Shown here piece by piece: positions 30,128-48,803 of a DNA stretch of 64,000 bases (the stretch's first letter is position 1; each line of letters opens with the position of its first letter). A program made the translations under genes and the position numbers. The stretch lies in assembly GCF_009914755.1 (NCBI RefSeq), contig NC_060927.1. The stretch is one strand, 5' to 3'. Origin of the DNA: the human T2T-CHM13v2.0 reference genome, Homo sapiens. The notes under the pieces are model-generated. The model was given only the letters and a program-made list of their open reading frames with translations, had not been told where the DNA came from and did no database searches.

Positions 30128-31048
30128 CAGTTGATTCTCAGTTGCTATCTTCTATGAAGTTGCTATGAACACTGAATTAGCAAATACCAAACTATTGACT
30201 TGGGGCTAAACAGTGAACCTCTGATCACAACATCTTCATCAACTTATCAATACATAATCTTGTTTTATATGTGTTTCTGTTTAGATATCTCATTCAGTAT
30301 ACTGTCGTCCCTCAGTATCTTTGAGGGATTCATTTCAGTACCTCCCATGGACACCAAAATCTGTGAATGCCTAAGTCTCTACTATAAAATGATGTAGCAC
30401 TTGCATAAAACCTACTGCACATCCTCCTGTATGGTTTAAGTCATTTCTAGGTTACTTACAATTCCTAATATAATATCAATGCTATTAAATACTTGTTATT
30501 TTCTGTTGTTTAGGGAATAATGACCAAAGAAGTCTTTATATGTTCAATACAGATGCAATTTTTTTCCCAAATATTTTTGATCATTGGTTAGTTCAATCAA
30601 TAAATGTGGAACCCACAGATACAAAGGGTCTACTGTAGATTGTTGATTCATTAACATTGAACTCAAGCCAGTAGCACTGTAACTCATGCCTGAATGAAAG
30701 CTTATCTAACACACATGTTTTCTCTGTAAGGCACATCACAGCCTTCTTGCACTTAGGAACACTAGACATTTCAACACTATGCTTGGGGGCCAATTTAAAC
30801 AGCAAAATCACCAACAGAATGCACAAAAATGCAAAATTATATACTTTGAAAAGGGCACTTCTTTAGGATGAGACCTGAAACTAGAAAGCAGAGTATTGTC
30901 TTATTCTACCTCAGCTGGGAATGTGCTCTCTGCACATGTCTTCAAATGACCATGAAAATGTCCCAAGTATACATTTTGGAGTTACAAATATTTTTAGTGT
31001 GTAGGTGAATGTGTATATTTAGAATTCATGAATAATGAGGTTCAACTG
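30128..31048. mobile_element. MER82 (TcMar-Tigger) with a nested MER2
   Basis: TA|CAGTTGATTCTC ... GAGGTTCAACTG|TA; internal gaacactgaattagcaaatac and aaggcacatcacagccttcttgc. Confidence 0.85.
30302..30635. mobile_element. MER2 (TcMar-Tigger)
   Basis: TA|ctgtcgtccctcagtatc ... gatacaaagggtctactg|TA. Confidence 0.88.
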
Positions 31049-31649
31049 TAAATAGAATCATACAAAATGTAACCTTTCTGAGGTTGGCTTTGTTTACTCA
31101 GCATAATGCTTTTGTGATTTAACTTGTTTCATTTATCAAAATTTCATTCTTTTTATTGCTCAATAGTAGTTTATTGTATGAATTTCCTGCAGTTTGTTTG
31201 TTTGAAGGACATCTAGAGTGTTTCTCATTTTTGACAACTGTGAATAGAACTACCATAAACTTGTGTACAGATTTTTGTGTGGATGTAAGTTTTCATTTCA
31301 TTAGGGCAAATATTCAGTAGTGGTATTGTGGGATCAAAAAGCATGCATATCTTGAAATTTATAAGAAACTGACAACCAATTTTCCACAGTGGCTGTATCA
31401 TTTTGCATTTCCCTAATCAATGCATTAGAGTTCCAATTGCTCCACCTCCTCTCCAAAACTTGGTATTTTCAGTATATTTTACACCTAATGGGTGTGTAAT
31501 GGTATCTCCTTGTGATTTTAATCAGTATTTCCCTGATGGATAATGATGTTGAACATCTTTTCAACATTCTGACATACTCTTTGTTGGAAGTGTCTGTTGA
31601 TAGATTTTGCTTTGTGTAAAAAATGGTCTTGTTAATTTGTTGGCTTTGA

Positions 31650-32184
<535 letters not shown>

Positions 32185-32248
32185 TTCTCTTTTTATTCTA
32201 AAATTTTTATACTTTTCCATTTATATCCATGTTTCATTTTTAGGTTAA

Positions 32249-32545
32249 TTTTTTCTTTAAGACAAGGTCTTACTCTGTCACCCAGGCTGGAGTGCAGTGG
32301 TGTGATCATGGCTCACTGCAGCCTGGAACTCCTGGGCTCAAGCAATCCTTCTCTCCAACCTCCCGAGTAGCTGAGACTACAGGTACATGACACTACACCC
32401 TGCTAATTTTTTTCATTTTTATTTTTTTGGAGACAGGGTCTTGCTGTGTTGACCAGGCTAGTTTTGAACTCTTGGTCTCATGCAATTCTCCCACCTCAGC
32501 CTCCCTAAGTGCTGGGATTACAGGTGTGAGTCACTATTCCTGGCC
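32249..32545 (-). mobile_element. AluJ
   Basis: J-type features (atcatggctcactgcagcc, ctcctgggctcaagcaatcct). Confidence 0.92.
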
Positions 32546-32593
32546 TCTATATATTTATTTTATAAAAGATGTAAAGTTTAGGTTGAGGTTAAT

Positions 32594-35500
32594 TTCTTTT
32601 AACTTTTATTTTAGGTTCAAGCTTACATGTGTACATTTGTTATATCGGTAAACTGCATGTCATGGGGTTGTGGTGTACAGATAATTTTGTCACCTGGGTA
32701 ATAAGCATAGAACTTTGATAGATAATTTTCCTGATCTCCCTCTTCCCACCCTCCACCCTCAAGTAGGCCCGAGTATCTGTTGTTCTCCTCCTAGTGTCCA
32801 TGTGTTCTCATTATTTAGATCCCACTAATAGGTGAGAAAATGCAGTATTTGGTTTTCTGTTCCAGTGTTAGTTGACTTAGAATAATGGCCTTCAGCTACA
32901 CCCATGTTGCTACAAAGGACATGACCTCATTTGTTTCTATGGCTGCATCATATTCCATGATATATATGTACCACATTTTCTTTATCCAACCTGCCATTGA
33001 TGGGCATTCAGGTTGACTCCACCATGTCTTTGCTATTGTGAATAGTACTGCAACGAACATATATTTGTATGTGTCTTCATGGTAGGATGATTTATATTCC
33101 TTTGGGTATATACCCAGTAATGGGATTGTTGGGTTAAATGGCAATTCTGTTTAAAGTTCTTTGAGAATTGCCACACTGCTTTCCACAATGGCTGAATTAA
33201 TTTATACTCTCACCAACAATGTATAAATGTTCCCTTTTCTCCACAACCTCTCCAGCATCTGTTTTTAGACTTTTTAACAATTGCCATTCTGACTATTGTA
33301 AGATAGTATCTCATTGTGGTTTTGATTTGCATTTCTCTAATGATTAGTGGTGTTAATTAAGCATTTTTTCAAATGCTTTTTGGCCACATATATGTCTTTT
33401 GAAAAATGTCTGTTCATGTCCTTTGCCTTCTTATTAATGGAGTTGTTTGTTTATTGCTTATAAATTTATTTAAGTCCCTTATAGATCTGGATATTGACCT
33501 TTGTTGTATGTATAGTTTGCAAATAGTCTCTCCCATTCAGTATGTTGTCTCTTTCCTTTGCTGATCGTTTCTTTTGCTGTGTGGAAGCTCCTAAGTTTAA
33601 TTAGATCCCTTTTTTCAATTTTTGCTTTTGTTACAATTGCTTTTTGGGGTTGCATCATAAAATTCTTGGCGAGTTTTATGTCCAAAATGGTATTGCCTAG
33701 GTTATCTTCCAGGGTTTTATAGTTTTAGGTTTTACATTTAAGTCTTTAATTTATCTTGAGTTGATTTTTATATGTGGTGTAAGGTAGGAATCTAGTTTCA
33801 ATCATCTGCCTATAGCTAGCCTGTTATCTCAGCACCATTTATTGAATGGAGACTCTTTTCCTCATTGCTTGTTTTATCAGCTTTGTTGAAGATCAGGTGG
33901 TTTTAGGTGTGTGGCCTTATTTCTGGGCTCTCTGTTCTGTTCCATTGGTCTATATTTTTGTATTTATACCAGTACCATTCTGTTTTGGTTACTGTAGCCC
34001 TATAAGGTAGTTTGAAGTCAGATAATGTGATGCCTCCAGCTTTGTTCTTTTTGCTTAGAATTGCCTTGGCTATTCAGACTCTTTTTGGGTTCCATATGAA
34101 TTTTAAAATAGTTTTCTCTAGTTCTGTGAAGAATGTCATTGGCAGTTTGATAGCAATAGCAATGAATCTGTAAATTGCTTTTGGCAGTATGGCCATTTTA
34201 ATGATATTGATTCTTCCTATACATGGGCATGGAATGTTTTTCCACTTGTTTGTATGACCTCTGTTTTCTTTCATCAGTGTTTTGTAATTCTTGTTGTAGA
34301 GATCTTTCATTTCCCTGGTTAGCTGTATTCCTAGGAATGTTATTCTTTTTGTGGCAATTGTGAATGGGATTGCATTTCTGATTTGGTTCTTGGCTTAGAT
34401 GCTGTTGTTGTATAAGAATGCTACTGATTTTTGCATATTGATTTTGCACCCTGAAACTTTGCTTAAATTGTTTATTAAATCAAGGGGCTTTGGGCCAGAG
34501 ATATAGAATCATGTCATCTGCAAACAGGGATAGTTCGACTTCCTCTTTTCCTATTTGGATGCCTTTTATTTATTTCTCTTGCCTGATCGCTCTGGCCAGG
34601 AATCCCAGTACTATGTTGAATAGGTGTGGTGAGAGAGAACATCCTTGTTTTGTGCCAGTTTTCAAGGAGAATGTTTCCAGCTTTTGCCCATTCAGTAAGA
34701 TGTTGGCTGTCGGTTTGTCATAGATAGCTTGTATTATTTTGAAATATGTTCCTTCAATGTCTAGTTTGTTGAGGGTTTTTTAACATGAAAATATGTTGTA
34801 TTTTATGGAAAGCCTTTCAAAAAAAAAGCTAAAATAGTAACAACCACGTTCTCGGACCACAGTACAAAAAAATTGCTCAAAACCATATAATTACGTGGAA
34901 ATTACACAACCTACTCCTAAATGACTTTTGGGTAAATAATGAAATTAAGGCAGAAATCAGGAAATTCTTTGAAACTAATGAGACCAAAGACACGACACAC
35001 CAGTATCTCTGGAACACAGCTAAGACTGTTAAGAGGGAAGTTTATAGTGTTAAATGCCCACATCAAACAGTTAGAAAGATCTCAAAATAACAACCTAACA
35101 TCATAACTAGAAGTATTATATAAGCAAGAGCAAACCAACCCCAAAGCTAGCAGAAGATGAGAAATAACCAGGATCAGAACTGAAATGAACAAACTTGAGC
35201 ATGAGAAACCATACAGACGGTCAACAAATCCAGCAGTTGTTGTTGTTTTCAAATTAATAAGATAGACAGACTGCTAGCAATACTAATAGAAAAGAATGAA
35301 AAGCCAAATAAACACAATTAGAAATGAGAAAGAGGACATTACCACTGAGCCCACAGAAATACAAAAAACCATCAGGGATTACTGTGAATACCTCTATGCA
35401 CACAAACTAGAAAATATAGAAAAAAATGAATAAATTCCCAGACACATATAACTTTCAAAGACTGAACCAGGAAGAAATTGAATCCCTGAAAAGACTAATA

Positions 35501-35947
35501 AACGAGTTCCAAAATTGAATCTGTACTAAAAAGCCAACCAATCAAAGAAAGCCCAGGACCAGATGGATTCACAGCCAAATTCTACCAGATGTATAAAGAA
35601 GAGCTGGTACCCTACTGAAACTATTCCAAGAAATTGAGGAGGAGGGGCTCCTCCCTAACTCATTCTATGAGGCCAGCAAAATTATGATGCCAAAATCTGG
35701 CAGAGACACAACAACAACAACAACAAACTTCAGGATAATATCCTTGATGAACACAGATGCAAAAATCCTCAACAAAATACTAGCAAACTGAATCCAACAG
35801 CACATTGAAAAACTAATCCACCGCTATCAAGTAGGCTTTATCCTTAGGATGCAAGGTTGGTTCAACATATGCAAATCAATATATGTGATTCATCACATAA
35901 ACAGAACTAAAAACAAAAACCACATGATTATCTCAACAGATGCAGAA
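32594..35947 (-). mobile_element. L1PA15-like element with 5' inversion (minus 32594-34817; plus ~34818-35947)
   Basis: The two arms meet in ORF2 at DAEK|AF; TSD GAGGTTAAT(T/A)T at 32585 and 35948. Confidence 0.9.
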
Positions 35948-36835
35948 GAGGTTAATATTTTTTCCTATGGACATTCAATTGTTCTAACACCCTTTGCTGA
36001 AAAGATTATACTTCCTTCATTGAATTCCTTTGCACAGTTGTCAAAAATCAGTTGGGCACATTTGTGCAAGTCTATTTCTGGCTTCTCTATTCTGTTCCAT
36101 GGATCTATGTCTATCATTTTGCCCATACAGTACTACCTTGATTATTGTAACTTTATAGTAAGGGTGAAAATTGGGTAGTATGATTCCTTTCAACTTTTTT
36201 TTTCAAAATTGTTTTAGCTATTCTTTTTACTTCACATTTCTGCATAAATTTTAGAACATTGCATAAATATACAAAAAAATCCTTTTGGGATTTTGATCAT
36301 TATTGCATTAAATCTATATATTATTTGGGGAGAATTGATATTTTCATTATGCTGTTTTCTAATCCATCATATATTTATTTATAACTTCTTTAATTTCTTT
36401 CAGCAGTGTTTTATAGCTTTTAGTACACAGATCTTGTGAATGTTTTGATAGATACACACCTAAGTGTTTTGTTTTTTGAAGCTTTTGTAAATGGTATTAT
36501 TTTTAAATTTCAGTTTTTCATTTTACTTTGCTTGTTTATAGAAATGTGACTTATTTTTATTTGCTGACCTTGATTTCCATGACCTTTCAAAATTTACTTA
36601 TTAGTTCCAGAAGGTTTTTTTGGTCAGATTTCTTGGAATTTTCTGCATAAAATAAATCATATTATCCTCAGATAGGGCTAGTTTAACATTCTTTCCAGAC
36701 CATTTGCCTTTTTTTTTTTTTTTTCTCACCCTATTGTGAAAAATAGAGGTGGTGAGAGTGGACATCCTTGCCTTTCCCTTGATCTTAAGTAGAAAGCATT
36801 CAGCCTTTACACATTTTGATGTTAGTTGTAGGGTT

Positions 36836-36860
36836 TCTTTCTCTCTTTCTTTCTTTCTTT

Positions 36861-36892
<32 letters not shown>

Positions 36893-36930
36893 TCATTCTT
36901 TCTTTCTTTCTTTCTCTCTTTCTTTTCTTT
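36836..36930. repeat. (TTTC)n tetranucleotide repeat
   Basis: Direct reading. Confidence 0.95.
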
Positions 36931-38057
36931 ATAGATGCCCTTTATCAGCTGGAGGAAGTTTACTTCTATTTCTAGTTTGCTGTAAATAGAATTTTTTCAC
37001 ATGCTTTTCTGCATTGATATGATCATGTGGGTGTTCTTCTTTCAATTGCTAATACGGTGGATTGCATTGATTGATTCCCAAACATTGAACAAGTGTTGCA
37101 TTCTCTGAACAAATCCCACTTGTTTGTGGTATATTATTCTGTTTATATGTTGCTGGATTCAATTTGCTCTTTTTTAAAAGTATTTTTGTATTGTTGTTTT
37201 TGAGAGAGATATTGGTTTTTAGTTTTCTTTTAATGTCTTTGGTGTTGTATGAGGATAATAGTCTCATAAAACGAATGAGAAGTGTCTCTTCCTTTTATAT
37301 TCTGTGAAAATTCTATTCTATGCAAACTTTGAATTATTTCTCATTTTAATGTTTGGTAGAATTCACCAGTGAAATCACCTGAACCTGGAAATTTTTTTTT
37401 AAGAATTTGTTTCTTAACTCTAAAATAAATTTCTTTAATAATTATAGAGATATTTGGATTACACATTTCATTTAGGGTGAGTTTTGGTAGTTTGTGGATT
37501 TGGGGGAAGCAGTCCCCTTCATCTTGGTTTTCAAATGTATGTATGCAGAGTTGTTCATAGTGTTCTTTTATTTATTTATTCATTTTTACCATTTGCTGGG
37601 TTTGTAGTGATATCTCCTCTTTCATTTCCCATACGCATAATTTGAGTCCTTTTTTTCCTTTGTCATCCTGTTAGAGGTTTATCAATTTTATTGATATTTT
37701 CAAAGAATCAGCTATTGGTTTTATTTTCCTATTGTTCTTCTGTTTTTATTTTTAAATTTTCAGCTCATTATTTTCTTCCTTCTGCTTAATTGGGTTTATT
37801 TTGGTCTACTTTTTCTAATTTCTTTATTTATGTATTTATTTATTTTTTTATTATTATACTTTAAGTTTTAGGGTACATGTACACAATGTGCAGGTTAGTT
37901 ACATATGTATACATGTGACATGCTGGTGCACTGCACCCACTAACTCGTCATCTAGCATTAGGTATATCTCCCAATGCTATCCCTCCCCACTCCCCCCACC
38001 CCACAACAGTCCCCAGAGTGTGATGTTCCCCTTCCTGTGTCCATGTGTTCTCATTGT

Positions 38058-41437
<3,380 letters not shown>

Positions 41438-41485
41438 TTATTTTGCTCATTAGTTGATGCAGTTTCTTCCTAGTCTCGATGGTCT

Positions 41486-42500
41486 TTACATTTTGGCATG
41501 ATTTTGCAGTGGCTGGTACCGGTTTTTCCTTTCCATGTTTAGTGCTTCCTTCAGGAGCTCTTTTAGGGCAGTCCTGGTGGTGACAAAATCTCTCAGCATT
41601 TGCTTGTCTGTAAAGTATTTTATTTCTCCTTCACTTATGAAGCTTAGTTTGGCTGGATATGAAATTCTGGGTTGAAAATTCTTTTCTTTAAGAATGTTGA
41701 ATATTGGCCCCCACTCTCTTCTGGCTTGTAGAGTTTCTGCCAAGAGATCTGCTGTTAGTCTGATGGGCTTCCCTTTGTGGGTAACCCGACCTTTCTCTCT
41801 GGCTGCCCTTAACATTTTTTCCTTCATTTCCACTTTGGTGAATCTGACAAATATGTGTCTTGGAGTTGCTCTTCTCGAGGAGTATCTTTGTGGCGTTCTC
41901 TGTATTTCCTGAATCTGAATGTTGGCCTGCCTTGCTAGATTGGGGAAGTTCTCCTGGATAATATCCTGCAGAGTGTTTTCCAACTTGGTTCCATTCCCCC
42001 TGTCACTTTCAGGTACACCAATCAGACGTAGATTTGGTCTTTTCACATAGTCCCATATTTCTTGGAGGCTTTGTTCATTTCTTTTTATTCTTTTTTCTCT
42101 ACACTTCCCTTCTCGCTTCATTTCATTCATTTCATCTTCCATCGCTGATACCCTTTCTTCCAGTTGATCGCATCGGCTCCTGAGGCTTCTGCATTCTTCA
42201 CGTAGTTCTCGTGCCTTGGCTTTCAGCTCCATCAGCTCCTTTAAGCACTTCTCTCTATTGGTTATTCCAGTTATACATTCGTCTAAATTTTTTTCAAAGT
42301 TTTTAACTTCTTTGCCTTTGGTTTGAATTTCCTCCTGTAGCTCGTAGTTTGATCGTCTGAAGCCTTCTTCTCTCAACTCGTCAAAGTCATTCTCCGTACA
42401 GCTTTGTTCCATTGCTGGTGAGGAACTGAGATCCTTTGGAGGAGGAGAGGTGCTCTGCTTTTTAGAGTTTCCAGTTTTTCTGCTCTGTTTTTTTCCCCAT
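41486..42500 (-). pseudogene. L1 ORF1, +1 frameshift in the A-run just after the ATG; 308-aa frame open from ATG 42412
   Basis: ATG at 42500, A7 run instead of A6; span 1015 nt; ORF1p motifs (EIWDYVKRPNLRLIG, ARREW, YPAKLS). Confidence 0.92.
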
Positions 42501-42955
42501 CTTTGTGGTTTTATCTACTTTTGGTCTTTGATGATGGTGATGTACAGATGGGTTTTTGGTGTGGATGTCCTTTCTGTTTGTTAGTTTTCCTTCTAACAGA
42601 CAGGACCCTCAGCTGCAGGTCTGTTGGAATACCCTGCCGTGTGAGGTGTCAGTGTGCCCCTGCTGGGGGGTGCCTCCCAGTTAGGCTGCTCGGGGGTCAG
42701 GGGTCAGGGACCCACTTGAGGAGGCAGTCTGCCCGTTCTCAGATCTACAGCTGCATGCTGGGAGAACCACTGCTCTGTTCAGAGCTGTCAGACAGGGACA
42801 TTTAAGTCTGCAGAGGTTACTGCTGTCTTTTTGTTTGTCTGTGCCCTGCCCGCAGAGGTGGAGCCTACAGAGGCAGGCAGGCCTCCTTGAGCTGTGGTGG
42901 GCTCCACCCAGTTGGAGCTTCCCAGCTGCTTTGTTTACCTAAGCAAGCCTGGGCA

Positions 42956-43156
42956 ATGGCGGGCGCCCCTCCCCCAGCCTGGCTGCCGCCTTGCAGTTTG
43001 ATCTCAGACTGCTGTGCTAGCAATCAGCGAGACTCCGTGGGCGTACGACCCTCCGAGCCAGGTGCGTCATTTTTTAAGCCCGTCGGAAAAGCACAGTATT
43101 CGGGTGGGAGTGATCCGATTTTCCAGGTGCCTTCTGTCACTCCTTTCTTTGACTAG
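42956..43156 (+). pseudogene. L1 ORF0 variant (66 aa) with a frameshifted C-terminus
   Basis: MAGAPPPAWLPPCSLISDCCASNQRDSVGVRPSEPG matches the ORF0 N-terminus, then diverges at a ~20-bp deletion. Confidence 0.8.
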
Positions 43157-44405
43157 GAAAGGGAACTCCCTGACCCCTTGCACTTCCCGAGTGAGGCAAT
43201 GCCTCGCCCTGCTTTGGCTCGGGCAAGGTGCGCTGCACCCACTGACCTGCGCCCACTGTCTGGCACTCCCTAGTGAGATGAACCCGGTACCTCAGATGGA
43301 AATGCAGAAATCACCGGTCTTCTGCGTCGCTCACGCTGGGAGCTGTAGACTGGAGCTGTTCCTATTCGGCCATCTTGGCTCCTCCCTACTTTTCCTAATT
43401 TCTAAGGATGGTAAACTATGTTATTTCTTTGAGACTTTTTTCTTCTCTAATATAAGCCCTTAATGCTATAAATTTCTTTCAAAGCACTGCTTTAGCTGTA
43501 GTGCATTTTAATTTTGGTACACTTCAAAATATTTTATAACGTCTTTTGAGATTTCCTCGTTCACCCATGGGTTACTTGCAAGTATATTGTTTAACTTGTG
43601 TTTGGAGACTTTCCCATATTTTTCTGTTACTGGTTTAATTCCATTATGTCTGAAGATATGCTCTGTGATTTTGATTCTCTTAAATTTACCCCATCTTAAC
43701 TTTTTGAATTGTCATCTAGCCAGCAATCTCTACTCCAGTGAAACAACTGTTCTAAATGTGGAAAGGTATACTGGAATAAATTAAAATCAGAGCAATCTTA
43801 TACCTAAGTCTCATTGATAAAGATGCTTTTCTAACATATATTTATAGTGAAAGTGAATTTGTTTTGTATTTCAATCTCTAACTGAAAAACTTGAAAGTAA
43901 ATTTTCATTTATTAGAGGCTACTGATTGGAGAATCATATGGATGATATTATTTTTGTTTGTGAATTGAATTCCCATTTCACCCCACTGTCACCCTACCCA
44001 TTTTAGCTAGTAGGAAGAGGAACTTCATGGTAACATTTTTAAAACAATTAACCTTGAAACATTTTCAGGAATAAAGATTTGTGGTGAATGTCCTGGAGAG
44101 AGATTTTTCTCTGTATTATGGTAGCATTTTCCTCATTGCAGGCTTTTCTACTTATGATTTATTTGTCACCAGTTTTAGATATCCTCGTATGTCCTCCACA
44201 CAGTTTCACAACCCACAGAGTTGTTGGGGACAATAGAATAGAATAAAAGATATAATGATACGTGTAGGTGAGATTTTAATCTGGAAATTAATAGACTGTA
44301 GTATGCATTTTTCTCGAGTGAAAACAAATCTTTCTCCAGTGTCCTGTGCTTTCCCTATCAACAGACTCTTACTTCCTAATCCATAGATCCTAAATTTCAG
44401 TCTAA

Positions 44406-44770
<365 letters not shown>

Positions 44771-45419
44771 AGGAATCGGCATTTCTAAAAAGAACCAAGG
44801 GCATTCCTCTCTGGACCACATTATGAAAGGCCTGGCTTAATCAACGTGTGGGTTATTAATACTCCCAGGTAAGTGGTTATCTGGAATATGCTCAGTTTGC
44901 CTGTTCCACCGCAATCACATTTCTAGTATTTCCTGCTATAGTTGGCAACTCTTTGTCAATAAAATTATATTAAGATTAACTATCATGATAACAATTCAAA
45001 CCTACTGGATTTAATAAATTGAGTGGCATCTCACAATCAACGAGGTAGAAATCGGTGGATAAATATCCAAGCCTTCCCATTCCTAGAAGGGCAACTTTGG
45101 GCTTCATTCTACATGGTTTCTAAAAGTCTTTACTGGGATTCACCTTTAGTAGCTTCCCTACGCAAGGAAAGAGCGCTTCTTCCTGTCTAGGTCTGCTTCA
45201 GTAATATTTCATGGCTACTCTCATCAAAGAATTTATCTTTCATTTCACTGAGCTTTAGCTGTGTTTTTAATGAATTTTCTTTTGTTCTGACCTCATTCAA
45301 GACAAGACTCACGATCAGAATTCTTTTAATAAGATAATAATTTTGCCCTTTACTTTTATCTTTCTTTTATCTGAACAATCCTGCTGTTTCTTCTCAGTTA
45401 TTCTGTTGACAAGGTTTAG

Positions 45420-45850
45420 GCTTTAGTTAGTAAATCATTGTCACAGTAAGACTGTATAATAAACCAACCCAAAACTCAGTGGCATCCAATGATAAATATT
45501 TATTCTTATAGTCATGAATCTGCAGGTTGTGGATTAAGCTAATCAAGTGGGCTCAGTTGAGCTCTGCTTTAATCTGGGTATTTGGTTGAGTTTGTTTCCT
45601 CACTGTAAGTTGAACTCAGCTCTACTCCATGTTTGTTATGAGGTTTCAACTGAAGGGAAAGTAGCTACCCAAGACATTTAACGCCCCGTACTTGTCTCAA
45701 ATCAGCTAACATTTCATTGGCCAAAGCAAATCACATGGCCAAGCCCAAAATTAAGGTGTGGGAAAATGTACTTTTCCATGGCAGGAGTGAGGATGTGAAC
45801 ACTACCACATGGTAATCAAGAACTGTGACCAATAGCTCAATGCACTACAA
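45420..45850 (-). mobile_element. MLT1H/I-like LTR
   Basis: cccaaaactcagtggc...cattggccaaagcaaatcacatggccaagcccaaa. Confidence 0.8.
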
Positions 45851-46136
45851 CGCTCTTTCCGTTGGGGTGATAAATGGTCTTGTTTAGTGGTTCTCAAAGT
45901 GTAATCTTGAAACCTGTTGGGATTCCCAAGAATATTTTAGGGTTCTGCAAGGTTAAAACTATGTTCACAATAGTAATAATGAGATGTTATTTGACCTGTT
46001 TATGCTTATTCCTTCGTGAATGTACAGTGTAGTTTTCCAGAGTCTACAAGATGTGTAACATGATAGCAATTGAACGCAGAAGCAGACCTAAAAATCCAGC
46101 TGTCTTCTGAGGGAGCAGACATTAAAGAGATTTGCA

Positions 46137-46451
46137 AGCCAGGAACAGTGACTCCCACCTGTAATGCCAGCACTTAGGGAGGCTGAAGCAAGAGGATTGG
46201 TTCAGCCCAAGAATTTGAGATGGCCTGGGCAACGAAGTGAGACCTCATCTCTACAAAAAATAAAACAAACAAAAAAATTAGCCTGGCATGGTAGCGCACA
46301 TCTGTGGTCCCAGCTACTCAGGAGGCTGAAGTAGGAGGATCACTTGGGCCTGGGAGATCAAGGCTGCAGTGAGCCATGATCAATTGTACCACTGTACTCC
46401 AGCCTGGGTGATAGAGTGAGACCCTGTCTCAAAGAAACCAAACAAACAAAA
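46137..46451 (+). mobile_element. AluJ
   Basis: Full dimer; TSD aaaga(ga/ag)tttgcaa. Confidence 0.92.
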
Positions 46452-46689
46452 AAAGAAGTTTGCAAAATGTAAAACAATACCACTATTCTTGTAAATTATT
46501 TCCAGATATATGGCAATTTTTATGAAAATATATTTATGTTAATAAGCAATGGTTTTTTAATTATCATTTTAAATGAATTTACAAATACATATTTTTAAAA
46601 TTTCTGTTTTAATGTTAAATATGGTAAATATTAATAGATACCATCTTTATAAACAAAAAGTCTTTGGGATTTTTAGTGATTTTTTTCCT

Positions 46690-47262
46690 TCTTTTTTATT
46701 GTGGTAAATAAAACAAATAACATAAAATTTATTATCTTAAACATTTTTAAGTGTACAGTTCAGTAGTGTTAAGTAACTTCACATTGTTGTGAAAGAGATC
46801 TCCAGAACTTTTTCACCTTGTTAGTCTGAAACTCTATACCCATTAAACAACAACTCCCCTTTTCCTCCTTCCTCCAGCCCCTGGAAAACCCATTCTGCTT
46901 TCTGTTTCTATGATTTTGACTACTTTAGATACCTCACATAAGTGTAATCATATAGTATTTATTTTTTTGTGACTGGATTATTTCACTTAGCATAATGTCC
47001 TCAAGGTTCATCCATGTTGTAACATGTGACAGGATTTCCTTCCTTTTTAAAGCTGAAAAATGTTCCACTGTATGTATATACCACATTTTGTTTATCCATT
47101 CATCTGTCAATGAACATTTGATTTGCTTCCACCTCTTGGCTACTGTGAATAGTGCTGCTATGAATATGGGTGTGCAAATAGCTCTTCAAGATCCTGTTTT
47201 CAATTCTTTTGGATATATACCCAGAAGTGGGATTGCTGGATCATATGGTATTTCTATTTTTG
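46690..47262 (-). mobile_element. L1MB2/3-like 3' fragment
   Basis: tttttaagtgtacagttcagtagtgttaagt...aactctatacccattaaacaacaactcccc. Confidence 0.88.
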
Positions 47263-48423
47263 ATTCAACAATTTATTTTTAACTAAACTTCTTATTTTGA
47301 GATAATTGTAGATTCACATGCAGTTTAAGAATTAATACAGAGAGATCTATGCATCCTTTACCTAGTTATCCCCAAGAGAAACATCTTAGAAATGGTAGCA
47401 CAATATCACAAAGAGGACATTGACACTGATACAATAAAGATACTGAACATTTTCATCATCACAGTGAGCTCTCATGGTTCCCTTTTATAGTCAGACCTAC
47501 TTCCCCTCTCATCCCCTTCTTAACCTTTGCATTGACAGTTGTTTTCTTTCAGGACTTAAAAAATGGTGTGTCACTTCCTGCTGTTCTCCATGGTTTCTGA
47601 TGAGAAATGTGCTGTTTTTCAAATTGTTTTTCCCCTGTTTGTAATTTGTTGTTTCTCTCTTGCTTTTTTCAAGATAATTTCTTAGTATTAATTTTCATCA
47701 ATTTGACTACATGTCTTTTGCTAGATTTGGGAAGTTTTCAGCTATTATTTCTTTTTCTTTTTTTTTAATTTTCCAAATGATATATTTATAATAGCCAAAC
47801 TCAATGAAATGGGAATCCATAGAGGTTTGAAGTGGGATATAGTAGTAACTACACTAAAAAAGTAAAATATATATTTAAGTACTTCTTCAGCTTTGCTTTC
47901 TTTCTATTCTTTCTAAGATTCAGATGACATCGATGTTAGATCTTTACTGATCATCTCACAGATCTCTGAAGCTTTGTTTGCTCATTTGGTTTGGGGTTGG
48001 CATTTTTGCTCTGTGTTGTTTGGACTTGGTAACATATATTGTTCTATCTTCCATACACTGATCTTTTCTCTTCTGTCTCTAGTCTGCTGTTCAGCCCATC
48101 CCCTCAGTTGTTTTTTTCTTTATTTTAATTTTCGTACTTTTCAGTTCTAAAATTTCTATTTGATTCTTGTTTATATCTTCTATTCCTTTGCTGAGACTTT
48201 CTATTTCTTCATTTGTTTTCAACATATTTGTACTTGCTCATTGAAGCAATTTATGTGACTGCTTTAAAATCTTTACTGGATAATTCTAACATTTCTGTAA
48301 TCTCAATGTCTGCACATATTGTATTTTTTAATGCTTAATATGTTTATTTTATAAAGATGATCTTTTAAAAAGGCACACATATAAGTTCTTTTCTATCTTG
48401 ATCTTTTTTCTTAAAGTGGGTAA

Positions 48424-48803
<380 letters not shown>

